Part shown: piece by piece, positions 47,885 through 58,800 of the stretch
How the letters are laid out: every line of letters starts with the position of its first letter
Position numbering within the stretch: position 1 is the first letter of the stretch
Virus record (IMG/VR): IMGVR_UViG_3300009408_000003
Coordinates: 1 to 64,000 of that record
Strand: one strand, 5' to 3'
DNA: 64,000 bases
DNA from: a virus
Program-made: the position numbers and the translations under genes
Notes under the pieces: model-generated
What the model saw: only the letters and a program-made list of their open reading frames with translations
What the model was told of the DNA's origin: nothing
Database searches by the model: none

Positions 47885-49516
47885 TTATTTATCAACAATC
47901 CATCCTTTATCTAAATATAATTGCAAATCATCTTCATCTATTTCCATGTATTCTTCGCTAAATTTTTGTAGAAGTTGTCGTTTGTGTATATCTCCAAGCA
48001 TCGAAATTTGAAATCCATCGAACATATCAACTATAAATGAATTCGATGCTACTGTATATCCAATATCGGTTTGAGCTTTATTAACTGGCCCATGAAAACA
48101 ACATATTTTATTTTTCATATTAATATCATACCCATTTGGCCAGTTAATTTTATTGTCCATTATAGAATATACTACCCAATTTAAATTTTTAAATGGATAT
48201 ATCCCAGTTTCTCGTAAATAATGAAGTTTTGGATTATTTAAATTTTCAACTATTGGTGTTAATACATCTAATCGATAATTATTATTTAAGTTGCAATTCC
48301 CTGAAATTGATATTTTATCTTTATACCGTATTAATAAATTATCATTTGGTACTGTTAAACAATATACATCATCATCATAATCAATTAAATTTATTTCTTT
48401 AATTATTGAATTTCTTATTTTATTTGAATCAGTACAACTTGCATGATATTGCTGTTTTGAATTAGTATATTTTCCAACTATAACAGATTTATTTAAACGA
48501 GATGTATACCCAGCTAAACGTGCAATTGTAAATAATATATCAACACTATTTTTATTAATTGATGAAAATCTCCAATAGTTTCCACGAGAAGTATTCCCAT
48601 CACCATGTAAATAGCCATCAATAAATGATCTATAAAAACTTAAATTTTTATTTAATATTTCAATAGGAATTTCTTTTTTACCATCAAAAAAATTATAAAT
48701 ATTTTTAGCTAAAGTTGAATAAATATTAATATAAACAGTCCCATCTGATTGCACGTTTATATTATATGAATAATTTAATTCATCTAATAAATTAGATAAA
48801 TATTTTATTTTACGCTGTTTTTTTAAATGAAATTGTATTCTACAACTTCCTGTTTTTTTATTTTTCAAAACAAACGTACCATCTGCAAATGAAAATCCTA
48901 ATAATTTTGCATATATATTTGGGATATAATTATTTACAATACCATTTAAAGGTATTGGTGTATTAATTTTAATATCTTTAGCCGTTTTTTTGTAAAATTT
49001 ATTAGGATAGTGTGAATATGTATACAAAATATTGTGAGTAGGTGTTACAATTTGCTCAATATCTTTTCCTTTTAAGTGAATTAAATTTACTTTATATCGC
49101 TTTTTAATGTTAGCTATAGGTGTTTGAAATTCAATTTCTGAATTATTTATATTAAATGTTGCAACATCATCTTTTTTAGAATTATTTACATAATCTGCAA
49201 ATGTTATCCACCCAGTTTTTGTTAAAACTTCATGATTAGGTGTAAAACAATCGTGATTGCCGGCAATTATAAAAGTATCTCGTAAATTAGCACATTCGGT
49301 AAAAAACCAACTTATTTCTTGCACTAATTCAGGTGACATTTCAGTTTTAGCATGAGCTATATCACCCGCTATATAAATAACTGAATTTTTGATGTTATCT
49401 GTTTTTACTTGTTTTAAGAATTTTCTAAATACTGCTCTATATTCTTTATGTCTTTGAATATTTCTTATATGCAAATCAGAAATATGATATATATGTGTGA
49501 TATCGGTATTATTCAT
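47885..49516 (-). CDS. Mre11/SbcD (gp47-like) metallophosphoesterase N-terminal part, with intein
   Basis: HISDLH, GDIAH, GNHD, FHG and GDIHKRQ motifs. Confidence 0.85.
   Translation of the reverse strand: MNNTDITHIYHISDLHIRNIQRHKEYRAVFRKFLKQVKTDNIKNSVIYIAGDIAHAKTEMSPELVQEISWFFTECANLRDTFIIAGNHDCFTPNHEVLTKTGWITFADYVNNSKKDDVATFNINNSEIEFQTPIANIKKRYKVNLIHLKGKDIEQIVTPTHNILYTYSHYPNKFYKKTAKDIKINTPIPLNGIVNNYIPNIYAKLLGFSFADGTFVLKNKKTGSCRIQFHLKKQRKIKYLSNLLDELNYSYNINVQSDGTVYINIYSTLAKNIYNFFDGKKEIPIEILNKNLSFYRSFIDGYLHGDGNTSRGNYWRFSSINKNSVDILFTIARLAGYTSRLNKSVIVGKYTNSKQQYHASCTDSNKIRNSIIKEINLIDYDDDVYCLTVPNDNLLIRYKDKISISGNCNLNNNYRLDVLTPIVENLNNPKLHYLRETGIYPFKNLNWVVYSIMDNKINWPNGYDINMKNKICCFHGPVNKAQTDIGYTVASNSFIVDMFDGFQISMLGDIHKRQLLQKFSEEYMEIDEDDLQLYLDKGWIVDK
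48296..49249 (-). mobile_element. 318-aa intein with a LAGLIDADG homing endonuclease
   Basis: Starts CFTPNHEVLT, ends VYCLTVPNDNLLIRYKDKISISGN with a +1 Cys; contains LLGFSFADG and FIDGYLHGDG. Removing it restores AGNHDCNLNN. Confidence 0.9.
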
Positions 49517-49970
49517 TTATTGATATATTATTTTGTATATTAATTTATTATGTTTACAGTATTCTATTGCAGCTTTATTTTTTTCATCTATAATTTCTTG
49601 ATTATATATTCTTCCTTTTAATTCTATTAAATGCAATTCACCATTTGTATATGTAATTAAAAAATCTGGGGAGTATGTATGTAATTTTCCGTTATACGAA
49701 TATTCTATTAAAATTCCATGCTTCTTTGTCCATTTAGCCACACTATCATCTTTATCATATTTTTTCATATATTCAAGTTCAAATCCAGACGAATACTATT
49801 CATCCATACCAGTCTTAATGCTCACATAATGGCCACGTTTATACATCTTGGGCCCACTTTATCTTGATTATTTAATGCCCAGTTTGCAAGAAAATTTTTC
49901 CTCTTAGCGGAGTTCCACACTTCTGATTTTTCTTTTGATTTAGATATCATCGGTGTTTTGCTTAATCATG
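49517..49970 (-). pseudogene. Degraded TnsA/gp4-like PD-(D/E)XK endonuclease gene
   Basis: YSPDFLITY...LIELKG core is intact. Upstream, KRGHYVSIKTGMDE*YSSGFELEYM has an in-frame TAG at 49796-49798, and there is a further frameshift near 49850. Confidence 0.7.
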
Positions 49971-50000
49971 TATGTGAAGTTGTAATCGTTACTATTATAA

Positions 50001-50939
50001 TTACAAATTATTTAATTTTTGTGAAATTATATCGCTATAATTGGTGTGGTCTGTTTCGCGAATTATTTTAGTGGTGGCTGCAAACCCCATTTCTGATGCA
50101 TCCTTATGATTAGGTATTATGTTTTTTACCCTCACTCCTTGCGCTCTAAAGAAATTTGTATAGTACAATGCTTGTGATTGTGCATCTGCATCCAACATTA
50201 TATTAATATCGGTTGTATTAGATACAAATATTTTTTTCATTAATTTTTTAGGTATAAATTTACCAAGTAGCGGTATAGCATTTCGTTTTATACTCATCGC
50301 ATCAAATATTCCTTCGCATAGCGTTAGGGGTTCATTCCAACATATTTGATTTTCTAATGCAATTATATTTTTACTATATAATGGGTTTTTATATTTATAT
50401 TCTTCGTCATCAAATACAGTTCTAGCTACAAAATAATTAAGTTTACCGTTAATATCGTATGATGGAATAATTATTCTACCTGCATATCTACCAGTTTTAC
50501 AATATCCTATATTGTACCGTATAATATCACATTTAGTTATATTTCGATTATTAAGATAATAAATTACACGTTTATATAACGGATTAAATGTTGTGTCCTC
50601 TTTTGCTAACGATATAAATTCTTCTGGTAATAATAATTCAATTTCAGGTTCAGTTGTTGTATGTGCAACTATATAATCATTGCCATATATTTTATTTAAT
50701 GTAGTTAATGTTTTTGGTTCAACATTAAGTTTTTTGAGTAAATTATAAATTTTTAAACCTTTAGCACCGCAAACCCAACATTGCCATTTTTGGGATTCAA
50801 CATGTACTTCAAGTTTTTTCTTATGATGATGACAAAATGGACAATAATATGCTCTGTTATCTTTAGCGGTTGGTGTTCCAACCCCTAATATAATATCAAG
50901 AATTTGTATTACCTTTGTTTTATCGTGTTGTGAAAGCAT
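50001..50939 (-). CDS. DNA primase
   Basis: CPFCHH...WQCWVC Zn finger, GRIIIP, FVAR and TOPRIM LCEGIFDAM...MLDADA. Confidence 0.9.
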   Translation of the reverse strand: MLSQHDKTKVIQILDIILGVGTPTAKDNRAYYCPFCHHHKKKLEVHVESQKWQCWVCGAKGLKIYNLLKKLNVEPKTLTTLNKIYGNDYIVAHTTTEPEIELLLPEEFISLAKEDTTFNPLYKRVIYYLNNRNITKCDIIRYNIGYCKTGRYAGRIIIPSYDINGKLNYFVARTVFDDEEYKYKNPLYSKNIIALENQICWNEPLTLCEGIFDAMSIKRNAIPLLGKFIPKKLMKKIFVSNTTDINIMLDADAQSQALYYTNFFRAQGVRVKNIIPNHKDASEMGFAATTKIIRETDHTNYSDIISQKLNNL

Positions 50940-50957
50940 AATTTATAGTTATAACTA

Positions 50958-50965
50958 CAAATATA
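50958..50965 (-). promoter_or_regulatory. Bacteroidota-type -7 promoter element TAnnTTTG
   Basis: TTTCGTATATTTG on the minus strand, ~19 nt upstream of the primase ATG. Confidence 0.6.
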
Positions 50966-50992
50966 CGAAAAAAAAATGAGAAATCCTAATAA

Positions 50993-51430
50993 TTAAACGT
51001 CTTTTCTGAAATATGTTCCGTTTATGTTTGAATTATAATAATTTGTATGCGGTTCTATAACTTCATTTAAAAATAATTCTTTGGTTTCTAAATAACTTAA
51101 TTGTTTTTTGGTTTTTGCAAAATACAGAATTTTTTTAGTATATTTCATACCGTTTTTTATATCTTCGTTTAATTCTGTATTAGAACCAGTATATACTTTC
51201 CAATTAGATTCTTTTTTTGCCATTTCGTAAAGTTTCAATCGTTTATCAGTAACTAATGCTGCTTCTTTTTTTCCGAATTTTCGTTTTCTAACGGTATATA
51301 AAAGTTTTCTTCCCACATATTTTTTATTAGTTTTAGTAGTAATTTCATATACGAATCCGATTGTATCATCTGGCATATCTGATAAATCAGTTATTAAGAC
51401 GTTATTATATGTCCATATTGGTACTGTCAT
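50993..51430 (-). CDS. GIY-YIG-like endonuclease family protein
   Basis: GFVYEITTKTNKKYVGRK...WKVYTGSN...YLETKE...YYNSNI. Confidence 0.7.
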   Translation of the reverse strand: MTVPIWTYNNVLITDLSDMPDDTIGFVYEITTKTNKKYVGRKLLYTVRKRKFGKKEAALVTDKRLKLYEMAKKESNWKVYTGSNTELNEDIKNGMKYTKKILYFAKTKKQLSYLETKELFLNEVIEPHTNYYNSNINGTYFRKDV

Positions 51431-51578
51431 GTTTTTTAATATTTAAATTAATATAGATAGTTTGTCATTTAAATTATGAAATAATGAATTAGATATATTT
51501 CATTCTTGAACTATCTAATTTTGAAAAATGTTAGATTATTGTTTCGGAGTTATCCCGATTTATTTTTTGGTGAATAAA

Positions 51579-51761
51579 TTATTTATTAACCGTATCAGAA
51601 TATAGAGTGGTTGGTACTACTCCACGACGTGCAGCATCTATAAGACTTTTATCTGCAATTAAATTTTTACCTCCATCATTTGATAATGGGGTTTTATCAC
51701 TTTTAGTTTTGATTTCGTATTGATCTTTATTTTGATTAAATATGTCTATTATTGATGCCAT
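51579..51761 (-). CDS. Small hypothetical (probably virion) protein
   Basis: 60 aa, with an upstream ATACTTATA motif and an AAAGGAG SD. Confidence 0.6.
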   Translation of the reverse strand: MASIIDIFNQNKDQYEIKTKSDKTPLSNDGGKNLIADKSLIDAARRGVVPTTLYSDTVNK

Positions 51762-51882
51762 AGTATGTCTCCTTTATATTATATAAGTATTAAATATTTT
51801 TGTTTGCGATAAATTTGTAATTATTAAAATGATATCGTTTCATATTAGGTAAACCACCTTCTTTATTTCAAAAAACGAACCC

Positions 51883-53016
51883 TTACGTATCTAAACGTAT
51901 AATGAAATTCAAATTATAATCTGGGAGTTTTTTAATTGGTTGAGGTAATTTTGCAACCGCAACCATGTTTTGTTCTGCATCATATAATCCAATAGTAGTA
52001 ACAAATGTAGATATGTATGAACCAGTAGGGTCAGTTGTTCCATAATTATAATAATCATCCCAACTACCAGTTGAACTTCCAACTGAACCAAAAAACTCAG
52101 ATTTTTGTCTTATATCTGCGATTTCATTAATAATAGTTGTTCCAGCTGGTTTTGAATTTGCTATTGCTGTTGTATTAAATTCATACGAGTTAGATACTGT
52201 TATATCAATCGCTGTTGGATTTTGGGATGCGTTAAATTCGCCTTTTGTTGCTGAAACTAATACTTCGGTTTCATACAACGTTTGTGTTGAACGATATGAT
52301 AAATCATAATCAACAACTGAACCAGTATAATTTGTTACTACTATTAATCCGTCTGAATAAAAAACGTTACCTTTTTTAGTTGCTTGTATATCTGTTGCTG
52401 GAAATACTAATTGTTGACTTAACGTCATTATTCCAGTTTCAAAATTTATTTGAGTTATATAATAATTATCGGTATTACCATCAATTGTAAATATTGCTAT
52501 TCCACTATTAACATCAAAAAAAGATACAGTTACTACATAGGTAGTTACACCATCATTAAATGTAATTGTTTGAGCATTATTATCATAATTGGTAAATTCA
52601 TACGTAGGATTTGGTGTAATTAGTTGTCCATATGAATTATCAATAAACGATTCTAATGCTCCACTAATTTGTAATGTGACACTACCTTTTTTTATTTGCT
52701 CACCATACATTGGCTGCGCAATATCAATTATGTGTAATACCGTACTAAAAGGACGTTCTGTTTCATATTCTGCAGGATTTTTCATTACACCATATTGTGT
52801 GATGGTGTTTCCATTTGCTGAATAATATTTTGCTATTATAGAATTATATAATGGATGTACATATAATCCGTTACTTTGAGTAGAAGTCTCTAAATCAAAT
52901 AAACCATCTTCATTATACGCAGTAGTTACTGGTACAACGGTTTGATCCGTAATCCATTCTTTATATACTTTAAATTGTCTTTGCGATATATTTGATTTTG
53001 GTATCTGTTTAAACAT
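51883..53016 (-). CDS. Baseplate/tail structural protein
   Basis: C-terminal TTIGLYDAEQNMVAVAKLPQPIKK motif shared with 53174..54385. Confidence 0.6.
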   Translation of the reverse strand: MFKQIPKSNISQRQFKVYKEWITDQTVVPVTTAYNEDGLFDLETSTQSNGLYVHPLYNSIIAKYYSANGNTITQYGVMKNPAEYETERPFSTVLHIIDIAQPMYGEQIKKGSVTLQISGALESFIDNSYGQLITPNPTYEFTNYDNNAQTITFNDGVTTYVVTVSFFDVNSGIAIFTIDGNTDNYYITQINFETGIMTLSQQLVFPATDIQATKKGNVFYSDGLIVVTNYTGSVVDYDLSYRSTQTLYETEVLVSATKGEFNASQNPTAIDITVSNSYEFNTTAIANSKPAGTTIINEIADIRQKSEFFGSVGSSTGSWDDYYNYGTTDPTGSYISTFVTTIGLYDAEQNMVAVAKLPQPIKKLPDYNLNFIIRLDT

Positions 53017-53173
53017 ACTTAATTTGTGCTACCACTCTCTAAAGAAAGTGTGGTTAGATTAATATCTATAAATATTAAGAAATTAAATTATCAAGTGGTG
53101 TGATACCTTTTTTAATATCATGTTCCAAGACTATTTTTAATTCGCTATTTAACTTAACTTTAATAACTATTTA

Positions 53174-54385
53174 TCAAAAATCAAGTTTTACTTTTATGAG
53201 TATCTCGGTCGCGAATGATTTTGGTATCGGTTGTGATGTTTTAGCAACAGCTAATAATTCGTTTGAATCATTAAATAATCCCACAGTTGTAACATATGCT
53301 TTTGGATCATTTTCAAAACTTGCAATTGCAAATGTACCATCTGAACCAGACACGAATGTTGGATTATTAGAAAAATTGTATTCTCTATTTGTTGCTCGTA
53401 CAAAATAATGAGCTGTAGATATATTTTCAGTACGTCTACCTTGAAAATCACCGCCTAAATTAATTGATTGAAATAATCTTCTATGATTGTATTGTTCTGC
53501 AGTAACTAATAAACTACCATCTAACGAACCGTATGGTACACTTCCTACTAATCCACCTATTGCTGATGGGTTTAGTATAATTATTCCTTGGTCTGGATAA
53601 AATAGTCCATATCCTTCGCCAGTAGTTGTTTCATATGTATTTTCTATCGTTGCAGCAGCTTCTGTTCCTAAATTAAGTGAACCACTTACAATATTAAATA
53701 CTCTGCCTGCTTTTCCAACAGTATCATTGAATTTTTTAGCACTATCATCAATAAGTGTAAAAGAACCGTTTGAACCACTTAACGTTAATGAAATGTTTCC
53801 CGGATCCATCGATTCTTTGTATCTTGCACGTGATACATTTATTGCATAAATATCATCTGAATCATGAGTACCAGCTGCACTTGAAGAACCGAATGTAAAT
53901 AAGTTATCAGATTGGTCTAATAATATTGAACGATATTGAGCATAAGTAGCTTTTGTAGATAATGTTGAATTATCATCATTTGCTAATGATACTGAACCTG
54001 ACCCGTTTTTGTTACCATATGCTATAGCAAATTGTACAGCCGCGGTAGAATCAACTGCAGGGTCTTTATCATATGCATTAATATAATAGCTTTCAGCTGG
54101 TTGAGTTGATGATGAAAATATTGAAGTTAAACTTCCTGTGTCGCCACTCCATATACCAGTTGTTACAACTTCTGTTTTACCAGTTATTTGGTCGAATTCT
54201 CCAAATCGTTTATAAATACCTGTATTTATTGTGCCACCTTGAGCTGTTAGTTTATCTCCACCTGTTAAATATCCATTTAAAATACTAACGATTTGTTCGG
54301 AAGTTAAATTTCCTTGATTTGCTGATAAATATTGAGCAAGTTCGGTTGATAAATTAGTTCCTGCTTGGCCAGTTATATTTGCCAT
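53174..54385 (-). CDS. Baseplate/tail structural protein
   Basis: C-terminal TTVGLFNDSNELLAVAKTSQPIPK; paralogous to 51883..53016. Confidence 0.65.
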   Translation of the reverse strand: MANITGQAGTNLSTELAQYLSANQGNLTSEQIVSILNGYLTGGDKLTAQGGTINTGIYKRFGEFDQITGKTEVVTTGIWSGDTGSLTSIFSSSTQPAESYYINAYDKDPAVDSTAAVQFAIAYGNKNGSGSVSLANDDNSTLSTKATYAQYRSILLDQSDNLFTFGSSSAAGTHDSDDIYAINVSRARYKESMDPGNISLTLSGSNGSFTLIDDSAKKFNDTVGKAGRVFNIVSGSLNLGTEAAATIENTYETTTGEGYGLFYPDQGIIILNPSAIGGLVGSVPYGSLDGSLLVTAEQYNHRRLFQSINLGGDFQGRRTENISTAHYFVRATNREYNFSNNPTFVSGSDGTFAIASFENDPKAYVTTVGLFNDSNELLAVAKTSQPIPKSFATEILIKVKLDF

Positions 54386-54462
54386 TTTATTTTTTTGTTT
54401 TTATATGATTTGTATGTAAATACATTCATTAGTTATATTTATTATTTATTTTTTATTGTGTA

Positions 54463-54774
54463 TTATGCAACTTTAGTTACTTTAATATTCATTAATTTTT
54501 GTACTTCTAACTTTTTACCTTTATTACTAACAAAAAATCCTAAACCGTCATTATGTTTAACAGCACCTTTAAATTTAGTTGGTATATTACTAGCGATATT
54601 GTATGCTATTTCATCTCCCACTTTTGGTTCGTAGTGTCTAGTCGATGTGAAATCATCAGTAATTCGAGCTTCTTCATTCAACGAAATTATAGAGTTCTCA
54701 AAATGTTTTGATACAACTTTGCCTATCGCAAATTTATTTTTAGATATGTATTCTTTATAATTAAATTTTTTCAT
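54463..54774 (-). CDS. Small protein with a head-tag-like N-terminus
   Basis: MKKFNYKEYISKNK resembles MGFDIKKYLAENK; SLNE linker. Confidence 0.5.
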   Translation of the reverse strand: MKKFNYKEYISKNKFAIGKVVSKHFENSIISLNEEARITDDFTSTRHYEPKVGDEIAYNIASNIPTKFKGAVKHNDGLGFFVSNKGKKLEVQKLMNIKVTKVA

Positions 54775-54780
54775 AATTTA

Positions 54781-55410
54781 TTATGTTGGTTGTATATATG
54801 AAACTGTTACTGGTATCGTAGAAGAACCGCCAGTTTCGTTACCATATACTGTAATTGTTGTTTTTATAGTTTGTGTAATATTTGGATTTGGTATAAATGT
54901 AAACGTCATTCCACGTTCAACTTGAGCAGTTGTACTTATTTCGTCACCCAAGAAGATTGGTGCTGTACCACTACCTACTGCAAGACCTGTACCACTAATC
55001 ACACCAGAATTTTTATTAGCTAATACAACTGTATATCCAGAAACGGTGTTTCCGCTTGGTGAAGTTGTTGGTGATAATGATACTTGACCAGATGTTTGAT
55101 TTACTAAAATTGATGGTATACCAAATTCTACTTTAGGTATTTTTTTAGTACCTTTTGGTAACGTTACTAATTTATATCGTAATGTTTGAGTTTCATCTGG
55201 TGATGCTTCTGTAATTGGAATTGCCTTAATTGCTGAATCATAATATGCACTACCTTTTGGATGAGCTGGTTCATATAAGGTATAATCTATTTCATCATCA
55301 CCTAATGCAAATTGTGTAATATTAAGACCAGAGCCTGCTGCTAATTTTTCTCTACCTTTTTTGGTAAGAATTGCATCTACGGTAATCTCTGTATTGTTCA
55401 AGTAAGCCAT
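54781..55410 (-). CDS. Virion structural protein (tail-collar-like N-terminus)
   Basis: MAYLNN..VDAILTKKGREKLA...ITQFALGDDEIDY. Confidence 0.65.
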   Translation of the reverse strand: MAYLNNTEITVDAILTKKGREKLAAGSGLNITQFALGDDEIDYTLYEPAHPKGSAYYDSAIKAIPITEASPDETQTLRYKLVTLPKGTKKIPKVEFGIPSILVNQTSGQVSLSPTTSPSGNTVSGYTVVLANKNSGVISGTGLAVGSGTAPIFLGDEISTTAQVERGMTFTFIPNPNITQTIKTTITVYGNETGGSSTIPVTVSYIQPT

Positions 55411-55483
55411 TTTTATTATATTTTTTTAATTATTTTGTTAGTTTATACATGTATAAATATAAGTTTTTTATTTTTCGGTTATT

Positions 55484-55828
55484 TTACTTACTTCCGTTAT
55501 AGTGTTTACCATTAAGTGCTTTACTTATAATTTTATTATGTAACCAATCCACAATATCTTTATAATATGGTTCGCCTCTGTGTTGTCCTACATGATGCAC
55601 CATAGCTGTTCCATCATTTACAGCTTTTTCATTATTTGTCATTACAAAATGTGTACTATCACCATGCTTTTTTAAATACCATGGATAACCATTAATGAAT
55701 ATTTTTATCGTATCATTATTATCAGTTGGTTTATTCATTGAATTTTTTGATACTGCTTCTGTTAACAGATTATCCATTCGGATTTCGTATTTATATTTTT
55801 TTTTCATACTGTATTTATTTTCATGCAT
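55484..55828 (-). CDS. Hypothetical protein
   Basis: 114-aa ORF with an LLTE motif near the N-terminus. Confidence 0.5.
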   Translation of the reverse strand: MHENKYSMKKKYKYEIRMDNLLTEAVSKNSMNKPTDNNDTIKIFINGYPWYLKKHGDSTHFVMTNNEKAVNDGTAMVHHVGQHRGEPYYKDIVDWLHNKIISKALNGKHYNGSK

Positions 55829-55860
55829 TTTATATAATATAATCGATTTCTAAAAACGGT

Positions 55861-58800
55861 TTACGATACGTCAAGGATAGGTTCGCCTGAGCCTCTGCCT
55901 GTATTAGATACTTTAAGTATATTAGGGTTAGTAATAAATGTTTCTACTGCAGGGCCACCATCTAATGTTGTTGCCGATGTTTGTTTTGAACCATTAAAAA
56001 ATGCATTTGCTAATCCACTAGTTAAATCGTTTGTATATCTGTAATGACTTGGTAAATAGCCATCTAATGCTACTACTTCTGTAATATTACCGGTTATAAT
56101 TGGTGCGGGTTGGTCAAAATTTAAAAAAGTAACTTTATAATCATAAAAAGTGGTAGGAACTAAGTGTGTTCCAACCGTAGGATCATTAGGATCAATATTT
56201 TCTGGTATTAATTTTATATTACTCTCTTGTATTCTGTATACCTTTTTCCTATCTTGTACTCGATTACCATCTTTATCAATATATGTTCTAATAGTGTTAC
56301 CATTAGTTGCCCATATACCAAATCCAGCAACTGTAACAGAATTTGGATTAATTCCTATTGTTTCTAAACTAATACCAAAAAATGCGCCAGTAAGTGTACC
56401 CTCTATTTTAGCATCTATTGATACCTCGTGATTACTATAATTATCTGATATTAAAACTAAATCATCTGATACTGGGATTATTCCATTATAAAATGGAGTT
56501 GTACCCGCAAGCGATAAATCCGTTTCCGTATTAAGTGTACCATTATATTGGTCATTATTTGCTATTAGTTCAATATCTTCTTGCGTATTTAATATTCCAG
56601 TTTTACCAACCGTTGAAGCTTCTAATTCGCTATAATTATCTACATCTATTGAACTTTCTTTATATAGTTCTTTTGCTATTGGTTTTGTATGTTTATATTT
56701 GTTACGTTCTAATAAATGAGGTTCAATCAATAATCCACTAGCAACTTTAGCTCTAGCAGGTATTAATGATTCTAGTGTTGTAAATAAAGTTTGGTCTATA
56801 TATCGTACTAATTGAATATATTCATAAATATTTAAATTAAAACGAGTAAAATAATATTTTCTTAATGAATCTAGTTCAGAATAATTATTTTTATAAATAT
56901 CAGCTGGATTACCAATATAATTATCAATATTAAATTGTCCTAATGAACGTAATATATTCATATTGATTTCGCGAGTTGGCGAAAAGAATAACCCTAGTTT
57001 GTTAGAATCATCAGCGTTATCAAAACTTGTTACATTCGAAGTTGAACCGAAATTTAAATAATTTTCTAATGTTTGCGATTCAAATCTTACTTTATTACTA
57101 TATCCTATACCAGTTGCAGGAACATTAGCAGTTACAGTTCTTTCATATGATACGTATTGGTATGGATATGAAGTTATTGATGGAAATCCAACTGCAGTAG
57201 CAACCGGTTCACCATAAAAGGTATTAATAGCCACATTTTTAATATTTGGGTCAGCATTTCTATCTTTTGGATATTCAAAATCTAATCTAAATATTAAATC
57301 TTCTGTTGATGAAGAAACGTGGTTTCCATCTATCGCATCTGGCAATAATGTATGGTTTGTAATTCTTGATTCATCTAATGCTATTGACCATAGTCTAAAT
57401 TCATCAATTGAACCAGATAATGTTGTACCAATTGAAATATTAGTGTCCCATCCCCAACTTTGACTTCCGGTTGGAACAATAAGTGAGCCAGTTCCCTCAT
57501 TTCTAATACGTTCATTAAATCCTTCTTTTCCATAAATATCAAATACATAATCGCTACCACTCAATGTACGGTTAACTACAATTTGTGTGTATTCATCATT
57601 AAATACTGGAAAATATGTAGTTGATCCACTTACGATGTTACCACCACTTCCTGATAAACTTAATTCTACGGATGCTAATGAGCCTGTTCCTGCTAATAAT
57701 TTTAATGACCAAGCATCACTTGAAACTAAAGTTTGATCATATCGATATTCGGTATTAATTCGCATTTCTACTGAATTTGGATACTTGTAATCATCTGGAG
57801 TTATAATAGAACTTGACTCATATTTTTTCCACGGAACAATAACTGATGCTGTTTGATCAAAATTAAGAGCTGATGTTCTATCATCAAATGTAAATTTAGT
57901 TACACCAGATTGTGTAGGATCTACTGGCCCACCAAATTCTAATATAGATAGCATTGAAGTTGGAATTCCATAACAGGCCATTGCAGCATGCAAAGCTCGT
58001 TTTGTACCTTTATGTTTGTATAAATATGGTAAATTGTTTAATAAACGTCTCCAAATTTCTTGCTGACGTTCCTTTCCAGTCATAGCCGAAGCGTTTGTAC
58101 CATCTTTATTTTTACCGAATGCATATTCCCAAAGATACTGAGAACGAACCCCCATATCTGCATCCCAACCAAGCGATTCTAACATATGATAAATTAAATC
58201 ATTGGTAATTCCTTCGGTATTTGAATGGGTGAGTGTTTTAGATGTAGCAACACCTTTTATATAACTTGAAAGTACGTCAAAGTGTTGTCCTATCATGTGA
58301 AAAAACAGAACAAAATCTTGACCGTTTGGATCATTTAAAATATGTTGTGGTATATTATTTACTAATAAGTTTTTATTATTAGTATCATACAAATCTGCAG
58401 AAGATATTATATTATTGTACCATGTTTGAGTATCTAAATCGGTAGAACCACTTAAAGTGTTTTGTTCAGCACCAGGATATGATAGTGAACCACTTTTAGT
58501 ATATAATAATTTTTCGAAAGCGTCAAAACCTTTTTTAACATTACTAATTTGTTCTTCAACTCTTGCTATTTGGTTAAGTATCGAAATAGAACCACTTGCA
58601 AGTGAAGTATCTGTTAATGAATTTAATGCAGTTTCATGAAATTCTATTAATTTTACTTTATAAAAGAAATTCTCAGCTCGTTCTGTAGCTGATGAATACT
58701 TTACAAAATTATCCCAGCGATATTCACTACCACTTATATAATTAATATTTAATTTAGCTAAACTAAATTCGTTGTTACCAACATATTCATTTAATAATTC

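Noticed and set aside
51480-51570. Hairpins AATTAGATA...TATCTAATT and TCGG..CCGA downstream of the 60-aa gene
   Set aside because: Most simply terminator or AT-rich chance structure; no further support.
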